Below are positions 40,383 to 54,079 of a stretch of DNA of 64,000 nt, piece by piece (position 1 is the stretch's first letter; every line of letters starts with the position of its first letter). The position numbers and the translations under genes are program-made. Under the pieces are notes generated by a model that was not told the DNA's origin, did not search any database, and saw only the letters and a list, made by a program, of their open reading frames with translations. Source of the DNA: Camelus dromedarius (taxonomy: Eukaryota); contig NC_087437.1 in the NCBI RefSeq assembly GCF_036321535.1, positions 85,748,001 through 85,812,000 on the forward strand, read 5' to 3'.

Positions 40383-41564
40383 TAATCCCTTTATATTTTT
40401 AATTTATTCTCCAACAACTACCCTTGCTCTGCACTCTTTTTATAGAGAATTTTGAGAAACAAATTAGTCATTTGACAATAAAAAGATGGCTATAGATTGT
40501 GTCAGGTTACAAAGTACTCACTGTAATACAAAGAAAAGTTTAAAGAATAAACTAGTAATTGAAAATTGCTATTCTGAATATTTTTTAAATTATGAAAATG
40601 TTGCCAGGCAGGTCAAAAACAAGTTGCTAAAAATGATTTAGATGTGTTAAAAACTCTCCACAATTCCAAACTCTTTTCATTACTTCAAATTATTTTCAAT
40701 GACTTGTATTTATCATTAAATTCATTTAAAATTAAATTCACCATACGAAACTTTAAAAAGAGAAGCCTGCTAAAAGATAAAATAGTTACTTATTAACCAA
40801 AAGAAAACAATATTTCTGTTATTACCTTATTTTGCTTTGGTTTAAGATTTTCTGTATATACCTGATGCAGATCTTTTTCAAATGCATATTGTTTTGTAAC
40901 TAAAAATTTTATTCAACTAATTCCCTATTATCAAGCACTTAAGTTCTCTAAAAATTATTACTAATTTGAATTACTAATATGAATTCTGTTTTACTAATCA
41001 AAGTGCAAATGGAGACCTGAATCAAAATCGTGAGAAGAGATATAAAATGAAGGTAAAAAATCCATGACACATTGGAAATATTAGATTTATAGGGTAAGAA
41101 AGAAGAAGTAGGAAAGGACAATGTTTGAGTTTCTAAAATGGGCAATTATGCAAATTTTAGTGCTTTTAACTGTGGAAGTAATTTCAGGGGAAAGATGATG
41201 AGTTCAAGTGTGAATGATGAATTTGAATATCCCCAAGAGCACTTTGATAGATGATTTGGTTTATGGATATTAATCCTTGAAAAGAGATCTGGGTTAGAGA
41301 GACTTATTCTAGAATCAAGAGCACAAAAGTGAGAGATAAACTAACCACCAGGTAAAATGACCCAAGGACAGCAAGGAGTATGTAAAAAAAAAAAAAAAAA
41401 GACTAGAAACTTAAAGAACAACTCATTCAAAAGTTACATAAAAAACACTCATAAAAGAGTCTGACAAGAAACAGTATGTTAGAAATTAGAATAAAAAGGT
41501 GGTTGCTTAGACTAAGAGATAAGAAAAGTTTAATGGTGAGCATGTGACGATTCTGCGAAACGTA

Positions 41565-41783
41565 CAGCTGACCCTTGAACAATGCGGAGGTTAGGGGCGC
41601 CCATCCCCCGCGCAGTTGAAACTCTAAGTATAACTTGTGGTCAAGCCCTCTGCGTCTGCAGTTGGTCCATATCCATGGAGTCAACCTTTGTGGATCAAGT
41701 AGTACTGTAGTATGTACTATTTTAAAAGTACCCATATAAGTGGACTCACACAGTTCAAACCCATGTCGTCTTAGAATCAACTG
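41565..41783 (-). mobile_element. MER8 DNA transposon relic
   Basis: TIRs CAGCTGACCCTTGAACAA / ...GAATCAACTG flanked by TA. Opposite orientation to 9255-9460. Confidence 0.88.
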
Positions 41784-43459
41784 TACAAAAAGCTCAAGTA
41801 GGAAGAAGGTTACAAAGGGATCTACTTTGGCCTTGGTCTCGTGATTCCATGTAAAGAAACTGCTCTTAGAGTTATTTTTCCAACTGTTTCTTCCCCCAAA
41901 GAAAAGTCATTTGGAAAAAGGAGCCTACAGATATCATGCCTTTCCTTGCATTTCTTGCCATGGCAGAAGTTCTTGCCTCTGTGAAGGAGGCTTACAGCTT
42001 GGAAGACATTTGATTCATGGAGGTGTTAGAAAGCCTATTTGACTGCACACAATCTGCGTCCTTCAACTTAGGTACTGTGAGTGATAATGCTGACATTCTA
42101 ATCTCCATTTTCACTGATCCATGTCCTATTTCTCAACTGTTTCAGAACTCAGGCATGAAAGAGAAGCCTGTTACGTATTGACTGGTTCAAACATCAGTAA
42201 TAAGAACTGGATAGTGTTCATCCATCTAATGTAGGCAGAAGTGGTTACAAATAACCATGTAATCATAATTACAGCTGTTTTACTGGACTTGTTGTAGGTG
42301 AAGTCAGACTGCAATGTGTTGGATAATAAATGTGTTAGAAGTGGTGATCAGAAGGATGGATTATTTTTCCAAGAGTGCTGGCTTGGAAGGAAAAGAAACA
42401 GTGTGCTCACTAAGGAGGACTTAGTGCTAAGGGAGTTCTGTGGCTTGGCTGTTGTTACTGTTTTGTAATACGAACAGAGCGTGGTATGCTTAAAGCTTTA
42501 GGGAAGAACCAGCGGAAGGTACATGAGAGGGAGCATCTTTGATGGAGTGCAGTCCTTGAAGTCGTGAGAGGGCATAAATTTCAGGACACAGGTAGACAGG
42601 GCAGCTTATGACTGAAACGAGAGCCAGGCAGTTTTACATGAGCAAAGCACTAGGAATGCAAAGACAAGTAAGACACTAGCCTTGCTTCAAAGATCTCCTT
42701 TTGGGGGTTGAGGGAAACAAACCTAATCAAGCTAAGACAGTTTGTAGATGTGACAATCCAACTGTTTCCCAGTAAAGTGACTCTTCTCCAATCTCAGAGT
42801 ATTCGTTGTTTTCCTTTAGGAAATTAATAAAACTAGAGAACAAATTTCTAATGCAGCCTCTATATGAAGGTAGTTTAATACTTAAGAAGAACTCTAACAC
42901 TCAAATAACTGTTTTATAAATTTATGTCAGTCTTTTAAGGCTTCTTCAATATCTCACTTTAATATTGTACATGAATACTTGAGACGTATTCTGTTACTGT
43001 TAGAGCATGTGCATCTAGCTTTGAGAACTTGTGGGATTGGAGGTTTTAGCATTTTTGTGGAGTTTCTCTCCAGGGCATATAAAACAGGAGAAGAAATTTG
43101 TTTTGGAAATGTTCTGAATCTACAGTATCTTCACAAAAACTACAACACGTATAATCAAGACACTTGTCTGCTAAAGCCTGAGTGTTTACTTCAGTTTACA
43201 CATGAATGTGCAAAAGGCAGCTGTGATAAAAGGAAGGGGATACAACAAAATAAAACAAAACAGTAAACTTGAATGTAAGACTGGCTTGAGTCCAGCTTCA
43301 CTTTTCCTAGTGTGATCTCTGGTAGGTTGCTTAATTTTTTCTTTCAATTTCTTTACTTGTAAACAGAGGAGGGAAGGGAGAGGGAAGAGCAGCTTTTATG
43401 CCCCACTAACTTTGCTTGCTATGCTCTGATAGAAGATTTATTTATTAGAGAAAGGTAAA

Positions 43460-43700
43460 TACAGTGTTGAAGGATACGGAGTCTGAAGGCAGGCTTCTTA
43501 AGTTTGAAATTTGGCTCCACCCCTCAATAGCCATGTGATCTGGGTGAGTTCATAAGTTCTTTGTGCCAGTGTTGACTCATCATAAAATGTCAATAGTAGC
43601 AAAGGTATATGGCTCACTTGCAACGTCTTGTGATTATTAAAATGGGATAATACACAGAAGCACTTAGAACTGTACTAAGAACATGGTAAGTAGAACATAA
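43460..43700 (+). mobile_element. MIR
   Basis: 'ggagtctgaaggcagg...gtttgaaatttggctccac...gtgatctgggtgagtt...ataaaatg...gataatacacagaagcacttagaac'. Confidence 0.75.
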
Positions 43701-46007
43701 ATAAGAACTATTTTATAATTTACCCTATGTGGACAGCCTCCTAGGCACCAGAATTGATACAGAAAATGAATATTATGGCTTCTGTGCGAGGCAGACTGAT
43801 GAGTATTTTTTTCTACCCCAAACCAATAAAGACTTGTTCCTTTAAACAAATGATAATGGATTAATGTGTGTGAAAAAGAGATTCATACCAAGATGTATAA
43901 AGTATCTGAAAAATAAATTGATGAAAATGATTCTGTAGGGAACACTGACAGTAAAATCTGCAGCAATGCAAACGGAGTAAGTAATATAAGAAAATATATA
44001 CCTTCATAAACTGAAACTCAATTAATTGTAAATGTGCCTAGTTCATTAACAAGTTAAGAGGAATTCATTTTAGCAAATTTATAATATGATCCTGGAAAAG
44101 TCTGTAGATTTTTAACCTAATACACATTTCATGTTCTATAAATATTATGATGAACATATCTATAAAATTACCAATAGCCAAGAAAAGCAATGCCTAGTAA
44201 AACTAGTATCAAGAATTACTGAGTGCAAATTAACTACACAGAATTCATAAGTGGTATAATTAGTTTTTAATGAATAATCCACTTGACCTTTTAGGAAGTA
44301 GATGATAGTTCTTTATTGCTGAATCACACTAGAGACAAGTAGGAGCTATTCTTCAATATTTATACCAGGTAGCAAATAGCTTGCATGATTTGTTGTCACA
44401 TTTAGTTTGCTTGAAAAGTATATACTTTTCCTTACCAGTATTACTAGAAGAACTTGACATTTATCTAAAAAGAATTAACTAGTGAGTAATATTCTGAAAA
44501 TGCTAAACCACTTTTAGAATTATGAGATCATGAAATTCAAATGGTTAAAAGTAATCCTTTTGAAAAATAAGAACATCTCAATTAGTTATAAAATTTAGAG
44601 TTTGTCAATATTTCAGAAAGGAACCTCAAATAATCCAAAAAAAACCCAGATGTTTAATATCAAGATGAGGTTCTTTATAGTTGCTGTTTTCCCTTGAAAT
44701 GCATGGTAAAGGTCGCTCAGACTCTGTACATTTTTTAGTCTTTAAAGAATTCTATTATCTATGTCTTAGAATCCATTGGGAATTATATGTAGTGTCATCA
44801 CAGAAGCATAAAACCTCAGGTTTAGTAATAAACAAACAAAAGCAGTGATCTCTGATAAAATCTCTCTTTTTCCACCACTTCAGAGCTTTAACTGACATTT
44901 TCTAGTCTGAATTATTTAAAAATTATATCTAGAATACTTTTGCAATTTTATTTGCTTATCTATCTGTCTGTCACCTCTCTATCTGACTATTCAACTATCT
45001 ACATTAATTGTAGCATGGATTTAATTTTTTCCTGCTTCTAATTTAAAAATCTCAATGCCTGAGGCAAGATCTGCTTCCAGATTCTTCCATGCAATGAGTT
45101 AACAATCCTTTCAGATAATAAATGTTGACGTGGATAAATATATTTTCTGTGGTTTACAATAAAAAGAATAATAACATGTAAAACTAGACTAGATATTCAA
45201 GTTTAATGATAGAGCACTAATTTCTAACATCGAGGCTTGTGAAAAACATTATACTGCTCAGGAAAAACATTTTCAGGGAGTTTTAAGTATGTAATGTGAA
45301 ACATCTCATTAATTTTTGGCTTTTTATTATCCATAGAAAGAAGTTCTTTCCAGTTTGGCCTTTGCCAATTTTATTTTTCACACCTCTAAAGAGCTTTCTG
45401 TCTTATTTTGAGTATTTCGTGAAATATTTCGCATACTGTGGCCTGAACTAAAATAGCCATGATATCCATGGATTTGAGAGGTTGAAGTTTTTCAGTTATT
45501 CCTTGTAGCTAAAAAATCATATAATGCTTCATATTATTGAAAAGTAAACATAGTTTCTTACATTAAAATGACCAGTCATATACTAATACGAACTCTCTCT
45601 CTATTCCATTAATCCACACAGGATGGTAAACTGTCAACAATGACAGAAAACATGCCGAGTTGGCCTTTCCAGTTTTCATCCAGGCCTTCACAGTGGGCAA
45701 GATATGAACTTCTGCAAAGAAGTAGAAATAAAATACTTCACTTTAGTAGTTAGTATAGGAATTCATCTTAAGAAGGGAATTACATTAATTTGAAAAATAG
45801 TTTAACCAACCCTTAAGGTAACAGTTTAGATCTAAGAAGGGAAAGTGCCTTGCAAAGGCTTCAGAGAGGAAGACCAAACTGCTTTGTTTAAAATAAAGAG
45901 AGAAAATGTCTTTCCTGTTACAAAGAGGGAGGAGCAAGATGAAAGATCACAGCAGTGGGAAGAAAAGACAAAGGGAGATGATCTGGGAGGCGGAAATGAG
46001 TCAGTGC

Positions 46008-46322
46008 TGCTTTAGACTGAATGTTTGTGTCTACCCCAAATCCACATGTTGAAATCTTATTTGGAGGTGGAGACTTTGGGAGGGGATTAGGCTGTGAGGG
46101 TGGGGCTCTCATAAATGGAATTAATGCCCTTGTAAAAGAATCCCAGGGAGTTCCCTTGCCCCTTCCACCCTGTGACCATACAGCAAGAAAATGGTAATCT
46201 ATGGACCGGGAAGCAGGTTCTCACCAGACAAAACTTGCTGCCACCTTGATAATGGACTTCTCAGCCTCCAGAACTGTCAGAAATAAGTTTCTGTTGTTAG
46301 GTTATCCTGTTGCAGCAGCCTG
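46008..46322 (+). mobile_element. MaLR LTR (MLT1A0-like)
   Basis: 'tgctttagactgaatgtttgtgtctaccccaaatccacatgttgaaatc...ggacttctcagcctccagaactgtcagaaataag'. Confidence 0.85.
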
Positions 46323-46324
46323 GA

Positions 46325-46790
46325 TCCAAACATCCACTCACAGATTAATGGATAAACAAAATGTGGTATATGCATAAGTGGTACGCGCATATTCCACTAA
46401 ATGGAATATTAGTCCTCCTTAAAAAGGACCAAAATTCTGACACGTGCTACACATGCTACCACATTGGAGACATTATGCTAAGTGAAATAAGCCAGATACA
46501 AAAGGACAAATACTGAACGATTCCACTTACATGAGGTACATAGACTTGTCAGACTCATTGAGAAAGGAGAATGGTGGTTGCCAGGGAACTTAGGGAGAAG
46601 GAAATAGGGAGCTAGTTTTTGATGGATAAAAAGTTTCAGTTTGGGAGAATGAAAAATACTGGAGATGAATATGGTAATTGTTGCACAGCATTGCAAATAT
46701 CCTTAATGTCACTGAATCACCAGTTAAAAATGGTTAAAATGGTAAATTTTATTATGATGCATATTTTACAACCAAAAAAAAATTTTAAGT
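46325..46790 (+). mobile_element. L1 (L1MB-like) 3' end
   Basis: 'ggataaacaaaatgtggtatatg...attatgctaagtgaaataagccag...aaaatggttaaaatggtaaatttt'. Confidence 0.85.
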
Positions 46791-46876
46791 CAAAAATGGA
46801 GGGGACATGAGAGAGATTTTTAAGAACAAAGATGCATATAGTTCCATTTGAAGTTGTTACAAACCACACTGTTTTC

Positions 46877-46940
46877 TCCCACTGAAGTCTTTAGGAAAAT
46901 CTGCAGTGTCCCACTGAAGTCTTTAGGAAAATCTGCAGTG
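46877..46940. repeat. Perfect 32 bp tandem duplication
   Basis: TCCCACTGAAGTCTTTAGGAAAATCTGCAGTG occurs twice in tandem. Confidence 0.95.
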
Positions 46941-47849
46941 TTCGTGTTGTAAATCTTAAGAGACTAATATTAGTCAATGTGGTACAGAATATACTGAATC
47001 AGAAGCCCAAGAGGCAGAAAAGATTATGAATATATAAATCCCCTGGGAACTTGCATCAATCTTAGGGAAAATTTTAGACTTTTATAAATCATGGTATTAA
47101 GCATAAGATAATTTTTATCTCCAAAGACCAGATGAGGCTCCCAGCTAACATGTACATTACCTTCCCAAAGAGAAGTAAAAGTGAATATTGTGGCTAAATT
47201 CTATGAAGAAATAACAAGTGCCTAAGAATGAGTTTTATGCCCAGTGGGGAGATGTTTTAGAGATCATTTCTTGCTCTGTCCAAGAGCAAATATCAAATTA
47301 AAAACAAAATAGTAAACAAAAACTATATGCTTCAAAATTACCTTTCACCCTGCCACCCTCAAATAGATACTCCAAGGACACTGCATATTCTGAGTTTCAT
47401 TTCTTGTTTTAACTATAGTAATAATCACAAATGTAGATATAATAAAAATAATGCAAGAAATATTATGTATTCACTCTTGAGATTTTGAGGTTTTCTTTGG
47501 AATGTTACTTCTGACACAAGTTAGTGATTAATGTAGGGCGTTAGCCCTTCAGTATCAGCACTTCTGAGAGGCAGCCGAATAGAGGCGTTAAAGAGAACCC
47601 AATAGTGAATTCAGGCAAAACTAGACTAATACTAATTGTGTCAACTTGGGCAAATTTTTGTTTAAATCTTTTTGCTTACATCATTGCCATGAGTACAAAA
47701 AGGGTTTAAGAATATTGAGCATTGTCTCTTACTCCGTTTCACAATAAATTGTGGTTATTATTGTTTACAATCTGTTCTATGTAATTCTAAAGCATCTTGC
47801 ACAATTAGATGATCGACAGGTATGTATTAGCAATTTATATTGCTATTGT

Positions 47850-48240
47850 TATTAGGTTCCTATTGCTCCTGTAACAAGTCACCATAAACTTAAAAGCTTT
47901 AATCAACATACACAAACTTGCTATCTTATAGTTCTGAAGGCTAAAAGTTCAACTCAAATCTCTCTGGGCTAAAATCCTGTTGTTGGCAGGGTTGCATTCC
48001 CTACTGGAGTCTCTAAGGGAGAAGTATTTTCTTGCCTTTTCCAGCTACTAGATGCTGCCCACATTTCTTGGAACATGGTTCCTTCTTCCACCTTCAAAGC
48101 AGAAAATCACCAATGTGGCATCTGTCTGATCCATGTCCCTTAGTTACATCTCCCTCTGACTCTGAACTCGGCTAAGAAAATTCACAGGTTCTGGGAACTG
48201 AGGCATGGCATATTCGGGGACCATTATTCTGCCTACTACA
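47850..48240 (-). mobile_element. MaLR LTR (MLT1D-like)
   Basis: 'tattaggttcctattgctcctgtaacaag...ttcacaggttctgggaactgaggcatgg...ccattattctgcctactaca'. Confidence 0.85.
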
Positions 48241-48811
48241 TTGATGTTAAAGACATAATGCTGAAATGATTTTAAAGTGTGTATCTTGTTTCCATGAAGA
48301 TCCCAAAACATTACATGAAACTTATAAGCCACGGACCTGTATATTGACTATATCCCATGTCACCTTACTCACTTATTTTAGGGAAAACGACAGTAGAACA
48401 CAATCAACTAGCAAAATAGGGAGTCAGTTGTTCTAGGTATCTTTACTACGGCTTAACGTACAGAAATGCACTGCAATTAGCCAGCTTCCCACTGGGCATA
48501 ATCCTGGCTGACTCTCAATATATTTCATACTGATTATATCTATAATCTGAACTTCATCTAATATTTTTATCCATAAACCTCAATAAATTTTACAAATACA
48601 ATTTTACAAATTTATATAAATACAAATTTACAAATACTAATTTCATCATGCCAATGCTCACATCAAAAGCACTGAACACTCTCAAACTTTCCATGAGAAA
48701 GACATGGTTTTAGTCATACATGAGCTTCCCATCTGCTGATGCGAACACATCCTTAAATGCTGCAGAGAAATAACTTAATTCAGAACAACAAAAGTATATT
48801 GTGTTTCTTGG

Positions 48812-49262
48812 TGTATTAGTCTGATAGGACTGCTGTAACAAAATACCACAAATCCGGTGCCTTGGAGCAAAAGAAATGTATTAGCTCAGTTTTGGAGCCT
48901 CCAAGTCTGAGATCATGGTATCAACAGGGTTAATTCCTTCGGGAGTCTGTGAGAAAGAATCTGTTCTGAAAGATACATGACTGCCAACCTAAATTCTGGT
49001 GTTTTTGCTGTCAGTCTTTGGTGTGAGAGCATCACCCCAATCGCTGCCTTTATCTTCACATGTTTTTCTCTATTCATGTCTGTCTCCAAATTCCCCCTTT
49101 TTATAAGGACAGCAGACATGTTGGATTAGAGTTCACCCTAATGATGTCATTTTAACTTGATTATCTCTGTAAAGATCTTGTTTCTAAATAAGATCACTTC
49201 CTGAGTTATTGGGGTTAGGATTTCAACATGTGAATTTGTTGGCCAGGACACAAATCAACTCA
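48812..49262 (-). mobile_element. MaLR LTR (MLT1B/C-like)
   Basis: 'tgtattagtctgataggactgctgtaacaaaataccaca...ggggttaggatttcaacatgtgaattt...ggacacaaatcaactca'. Confidence 0.85.
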
Positions 49263-49960
49263 TTTTATTTGGTGTTAGATATTGACTTTTATATATAGAT
49301 GCCTCGTGGCATTATTACTTTGTCTGGCACAATGTCTGAGATGTAGAAGTAAAATTTCACTGTGTGAGTTGAAATTCTCATACAGCAAAATGGGCATGTG
49401 AAACCCAATTTAGGAAAAATAATAGTGTAAAGCCATAATTCTTCAGACCCTGAATTTTATCTTGTGGATGCTATCTGTATTCAAAAACTTGAAAATTGCA
49501 AAATTCCTATTAAGAACTCTGTACAGTAGGTCTCTTTACTTGTTCCATTTAAAAGTGATCAAAAGCTGCTCCTGCCTGCCTGGAAAATTCCAAATAAAAT
49601 CTGAACACACAGTGCAGAGTGCAGCTGAACTCATGACAGCATTCAGCTCCAACTATACCTTATTTTTCATGTCACAGGCAGTAAACAAAACACAAATCAA
49701 GTACCAGTGAAACCAGGAAGCACTACCTTTTGGGTTATTGACAGCAAAATTTCTCATCACTTTCCTGGCAAGGTTGAAGAATACAGCAACTAACACTCAA
49801 AGAATTTAGAATATGTCTATCCACGAGATGATAAGAATGGTGTAAGGTCAGATTCATCTAAGACAGTACTATTGCCTCTGTGAAGAAACAGTCCAAAAAA
49901 GACCTAGTCATCTGTCATCTACTATATAAACCTCAAAACAGTTTCAAGTATCTTTATATG

Positions 49961-50371
49961 TGAAGGAGCATAAAACAAACTAACAAACTGACTTCCCTGA
50001 TGCAAAACTGCTTGCTGATTCATTCTTTCCTGAGAATAACTTTAACCCAGAGGCTGTGCTCCAGGAAGGAGGTAACAGGCTGAGAGTATCAGAAGAATGG
50101 ACAGGCCCTCCTGAAGATCCCTAGGGGTTACGAGAAATGTAGCACCCTGTAAAACGCCCTGACTGTTATCACCTTTTCTGCTCCATCCAGTTTTTCTATA
50201 AAACCTCAAGACCCCCAGCCCCAAGATGGGCTCACAGCCTTTAAGGCATTAGCTGCTGTGACTCCCTTTGCCTGGGAGAAGCAATAAAGCTGCTCTTCTC
50301 TTTGCTCCCAGTACTCTGCCTCTGAGTCTGAATTCGCTTTTCCGGGTGCAAAAGCTGATTTCTCAGTAACA
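49961..50371 (+). mobile_element. ERV1-class solo LTR
   Basis: TG...CA termini, TATAAAA (~50197), AATAAA (~50283), and a typical U5 end 'gctgatttctcagtaaca'. Confidence 0.8.
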
Positions 50372-50492
50372 TACTCAATGTATACCTTAGTCACCCATTT
50401 ATTTACACAGTCAGCAAATATTTATTGAGCACCTGCCACATACCAAGGCTGATTTAAATGTTAATATATTTACAGGAATGCATTCTATAGAA

Positions 50493-51146
50493 CAGTGGTT
50501 CTAAGTATGATTAATAGACCCCTACATCGACGTTAGGAAGAAAAGCATAATTTAATGAACCAATATTTTCCAACTTACCAATGTATGATAATAAAAACCT
50601 TGCATGGGTAAAAGATTACCCTTAGTGTAAGAAAGACCAATGGATTTCAGTGTAACAGAGTAAGAATTATTGATATAGTTTAAGATTACACTCTGCAACA
50701 TGCAACAGGAAACTATCACTTGCCAAATTTTGCATAGGATCAAATATCCACAGCTATCTGAAAAGGTAACTCCCTATCTCTGTGAGGCTAGATTTTCTTC
50801 ATATACTTCAACCAAAACAATATATTGTAACAGACTGAATGTAAACAGCACATGAAAATATCTCTGTCTTCTATTCAGCCAAATATGAAAGAGAAATTTG
50901 TAAAAACATGAAACAGTGCCTTTTATAAAACAGGTTTTTCATTAGGAAAAAATGTTACTTATGTATTTAACATTTACTGGGTTTCTTATTATTTATTTTA
51001 AATAAATAAGTAAATAAATGAAACTTCCCCCATTTTGATTTCTAATGCAGCCAATATTGATAGAATAACCCACATGAAACAAAACTTCTTTGGGTTTCAG
51101 GATAAGGATAACAGGGTCCAGATCCCACAACGTTTAAGAACCACCA
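50493..51146 (+). mobile_element. Charlie1-family hAT DNA transposon deletion derivative
   Basis: Ends CAGTGGTTCT / AGAACCAC. Internal 'tatctctgtgaggctagattttcttcatatacttcaaccaaaac...aacagactgaat' corresponds to the hAT dimerisation-domain motif YLCEAxFSSYTSTK..NRLN. Confidence 0.8.
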
Positions 51147-52769
51147 CATTGGTGTATATTCGTTAGTACAGTATAATCAACAATGGCAGCAAAAAAGGTG
51201 TGAACCTTGCCTGCCTGGGCTCCTCCCTGCCTGGCCCAGAGCGGGAGGGTCCCCTCAGAGCAATGGGAACAGGTGGCAGGTGTTGCCGTTCCCAGAATCC
51301 AATGTCACTACACATTTGAGTCATATATGCTTTATTTCTGTTTCCATATCCACCAAGCAAACTTCTGATAATGTTACTTTCTATGATTTGCTAGCTTGTC
51401 TACAGGAAGTTATTTTATGGTTCTACCGAGAATTTTATTTATTTAGAAGTTATATTTCTCATTATAACTAATTAAGCTGGGATTCTGGCTGTAACCAGTG
51501 CAGCTATTTCAACCAATCATAATATGACTTTGGTCATTTCTGTACCAACACTAGGCTCTTAAGTCCTTTTCCATCAGGACTTGGTAAGGGCCAGTCAGGT
51601 TTGTTTAAACAGATTTCCCTAATCTCACATAACAGTGTTAGTTCTACCTGCTCCGAAGACCCTAGGCCACCTAAGTAAATGTTTCCACTCCATCTATGAG
51701 ACTCTGAACGACGAGGGATCTCGGGAAGGGCAGCCAGCCTGCAGGCCCAAAGGCTTGTTATACTCAACCCCAGAACCAAGAGAGCACCTGCCTTCGGACA
51801 CTCTGCTTCAAGGGAACTTTCTGTCTCTAACTGGAGAACAGAAACTGAATTCTTGTTTTGTGAGCAGAGAAAAAAAAATCAAGCTCTGTTAGACATAACA
51901 GTTTAATGATTTAATTGGAATTGACTGGATTCAGGTATGCTGACTCAAGATGAAAAAACAAGAATTTCAGAGCAAAATGACACCAGCACGTGAAGACCTC
52001 AATTCACAAAAATAACAGCATCTTTGTAGAGACTTGTGAAGCCACCAAGATATACTAGATTGTTTTTTATTAGAAACTTCTGGTGCCTCCCAGTGAGGGA
52101 AGCAGTATTAACCTTCATTAATTTGGCTAAAGGAGTTTTCATTTCCTGATCTCTTTGGGATTTTTTTTTTAAGCTTCTGTTCTGTTTAATATTCTACCCT
52201 GAAATGCAGTAATGCTCAACAGTTAGTCAACTTTGGGATTGCAGCTTCCTGGAAAAAAAAAAGTAGAAAAGTCTTTCATCTTATCTATGCACTTGAAAAT
52301 GCGTTTATTTTATTACAATTTTATCATTATATTGTTATGACTTTCCACTTTCTCCAATAAACTATAAAAACACCACTTTTTTAATTGCCTCCTTTGCGTT
52401 TATCATGGAACAGCAGAGTGACTCTGGAGTCCTCTCTCTGAGTATTCTGCCCTCAGCTATATTCTGCTTCTTTGTTACAGTCAGTGTTCTGTTCTGTTTT
52501 GCTATGAAAGGATTATACTAAATTCCATTGAAAAGAATGAACTACTTCCTAATGGTATTTTAATCGAAAGTAGAAGCACAATTGAATAAAACTATGGACA
52601 TCGGGGTAGCTTTTCCAATATTATTTACTCCTCCTATTACTCAGGTTGCATTTGAAGGGTGTTCACTTTTAACAATTATATGCTTAATATTTGTCTTCAT
52701 AGAATATTGTGTTCATTATCTCCAACATCTGGGATTTGATGATGTATTGATTCTCTGCACCATTCACTC

Positions 52770-53400
52770 TCATTCAACATCCAATGAATCCAAATGTTGT
52801 GATGGATTCTGAGAACACAAAGATAAATAACCATTATCCTTGTTTATTAAAGGTCTTAAGTTCTAACAGGAGACAGTGACAATAATAAACAAATTAATAT
52901 GATACAATATGATAGTTTATTTAAAAATATCTGTGAAAGAATTGAGGAAGAAAACAGTTAATTACGTCTAGAAGGTAATAAGGGAACTCTTCATTGAGAA
53001 GAGAATAATTAATCTGTATAATGAAAGAATGACAGGTAGAACTTCATTGAAGTTACGAGGAAAAGGCGATGTGATTGGGTGATACACAAACTCACAGAGC
53101 AGTGCAGTACATGTGTGCCTGGGGAGTTCAAAGAAATGCAGGTTGCCTGCAGAGTTATAGACATGACAAAAATGAAAGGTATGAGGAAGTGAAACTAGGC
53201 TGTGGCCAACTGTGAATGCCATCCTAAGTAACATGTTTTTTGTCATATAGACAGTATGAGTAAGATATACAGTTTTGTATTTCAGAACATAAGTCTGACA
53301 GGAATATGGAGAATGGATTACAGTGGAGAGAATATGAGAAATATGAGTCAGTTTGATAAGGCAATGAAAATGCAATGTTACAGGAGGTAAATTAGGAAAA
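52770..53400 (-). mobile_element. L2 fragment
   Basis: 'cattcaacatccaatgaatcc...acaaagataaataacc...ttctaacaggagacag' and downstream antisense L2 motifs. Confidence 0.65.
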
Positions 53401-54079
53401 ACAATGCTCTAAAATAAGTTCTGTTTTCCAAAGAAAATTGGGAATATTAATCACCTGAAGATTGAAACAGATAATTCTTTTCATGTGATATATTTTCTAT
53501 TCTCTTTCTAGCTCTTAGTACATCACGACGTTATGCTGAATTGATATCTCTAGTCACACACTTAAAGAATTTCTCCTTACTGAAGCTTCAAAATCACCTG
53601 AACAGTGCCTGTATTCTTTTCTTTGTTGTGCAAGTAATTGCTGTTTTTGCATTATTGGGTTTCCTCATCTACACTTTTGGGCAATTTTTAACATGTGAAA
53701 GTTGCTCTTTCACCAGTGATAGCCATTTCAATTTTATTGAATCATCATGAATTTTTATCTTTCTGAAATTTGCTTTTGTGCATATTGTCTTTCCAGTCAA
53801 TGATTAAAAAATTTTTTCCATGCATTTCATGAGGTGTCTTTAAATAATCTTTAACTTTCCTGTGTGTTATGGACATTATACTTTTTCTTATAATTTTTTT
53901 CTTAATTTCTTACAGCCCAAATATCTCTCAGCTGTGATCCCCATTAGATGATAATAATTATATAATAATAACAGAGAAAAAGTACTTGTGCATGAAGATT
54001 TTTAACTATAAACTTGATCTCACTTGTTGGCTCAGGGCCTAAATTTTAAAGTTTTAAAATTTACATAAGTAAGTTAAGT

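Noticed and set aside
41900..42072. Exon-like segment on the plus strand
   Set aside because: Stops in all three frames and a weak donor.
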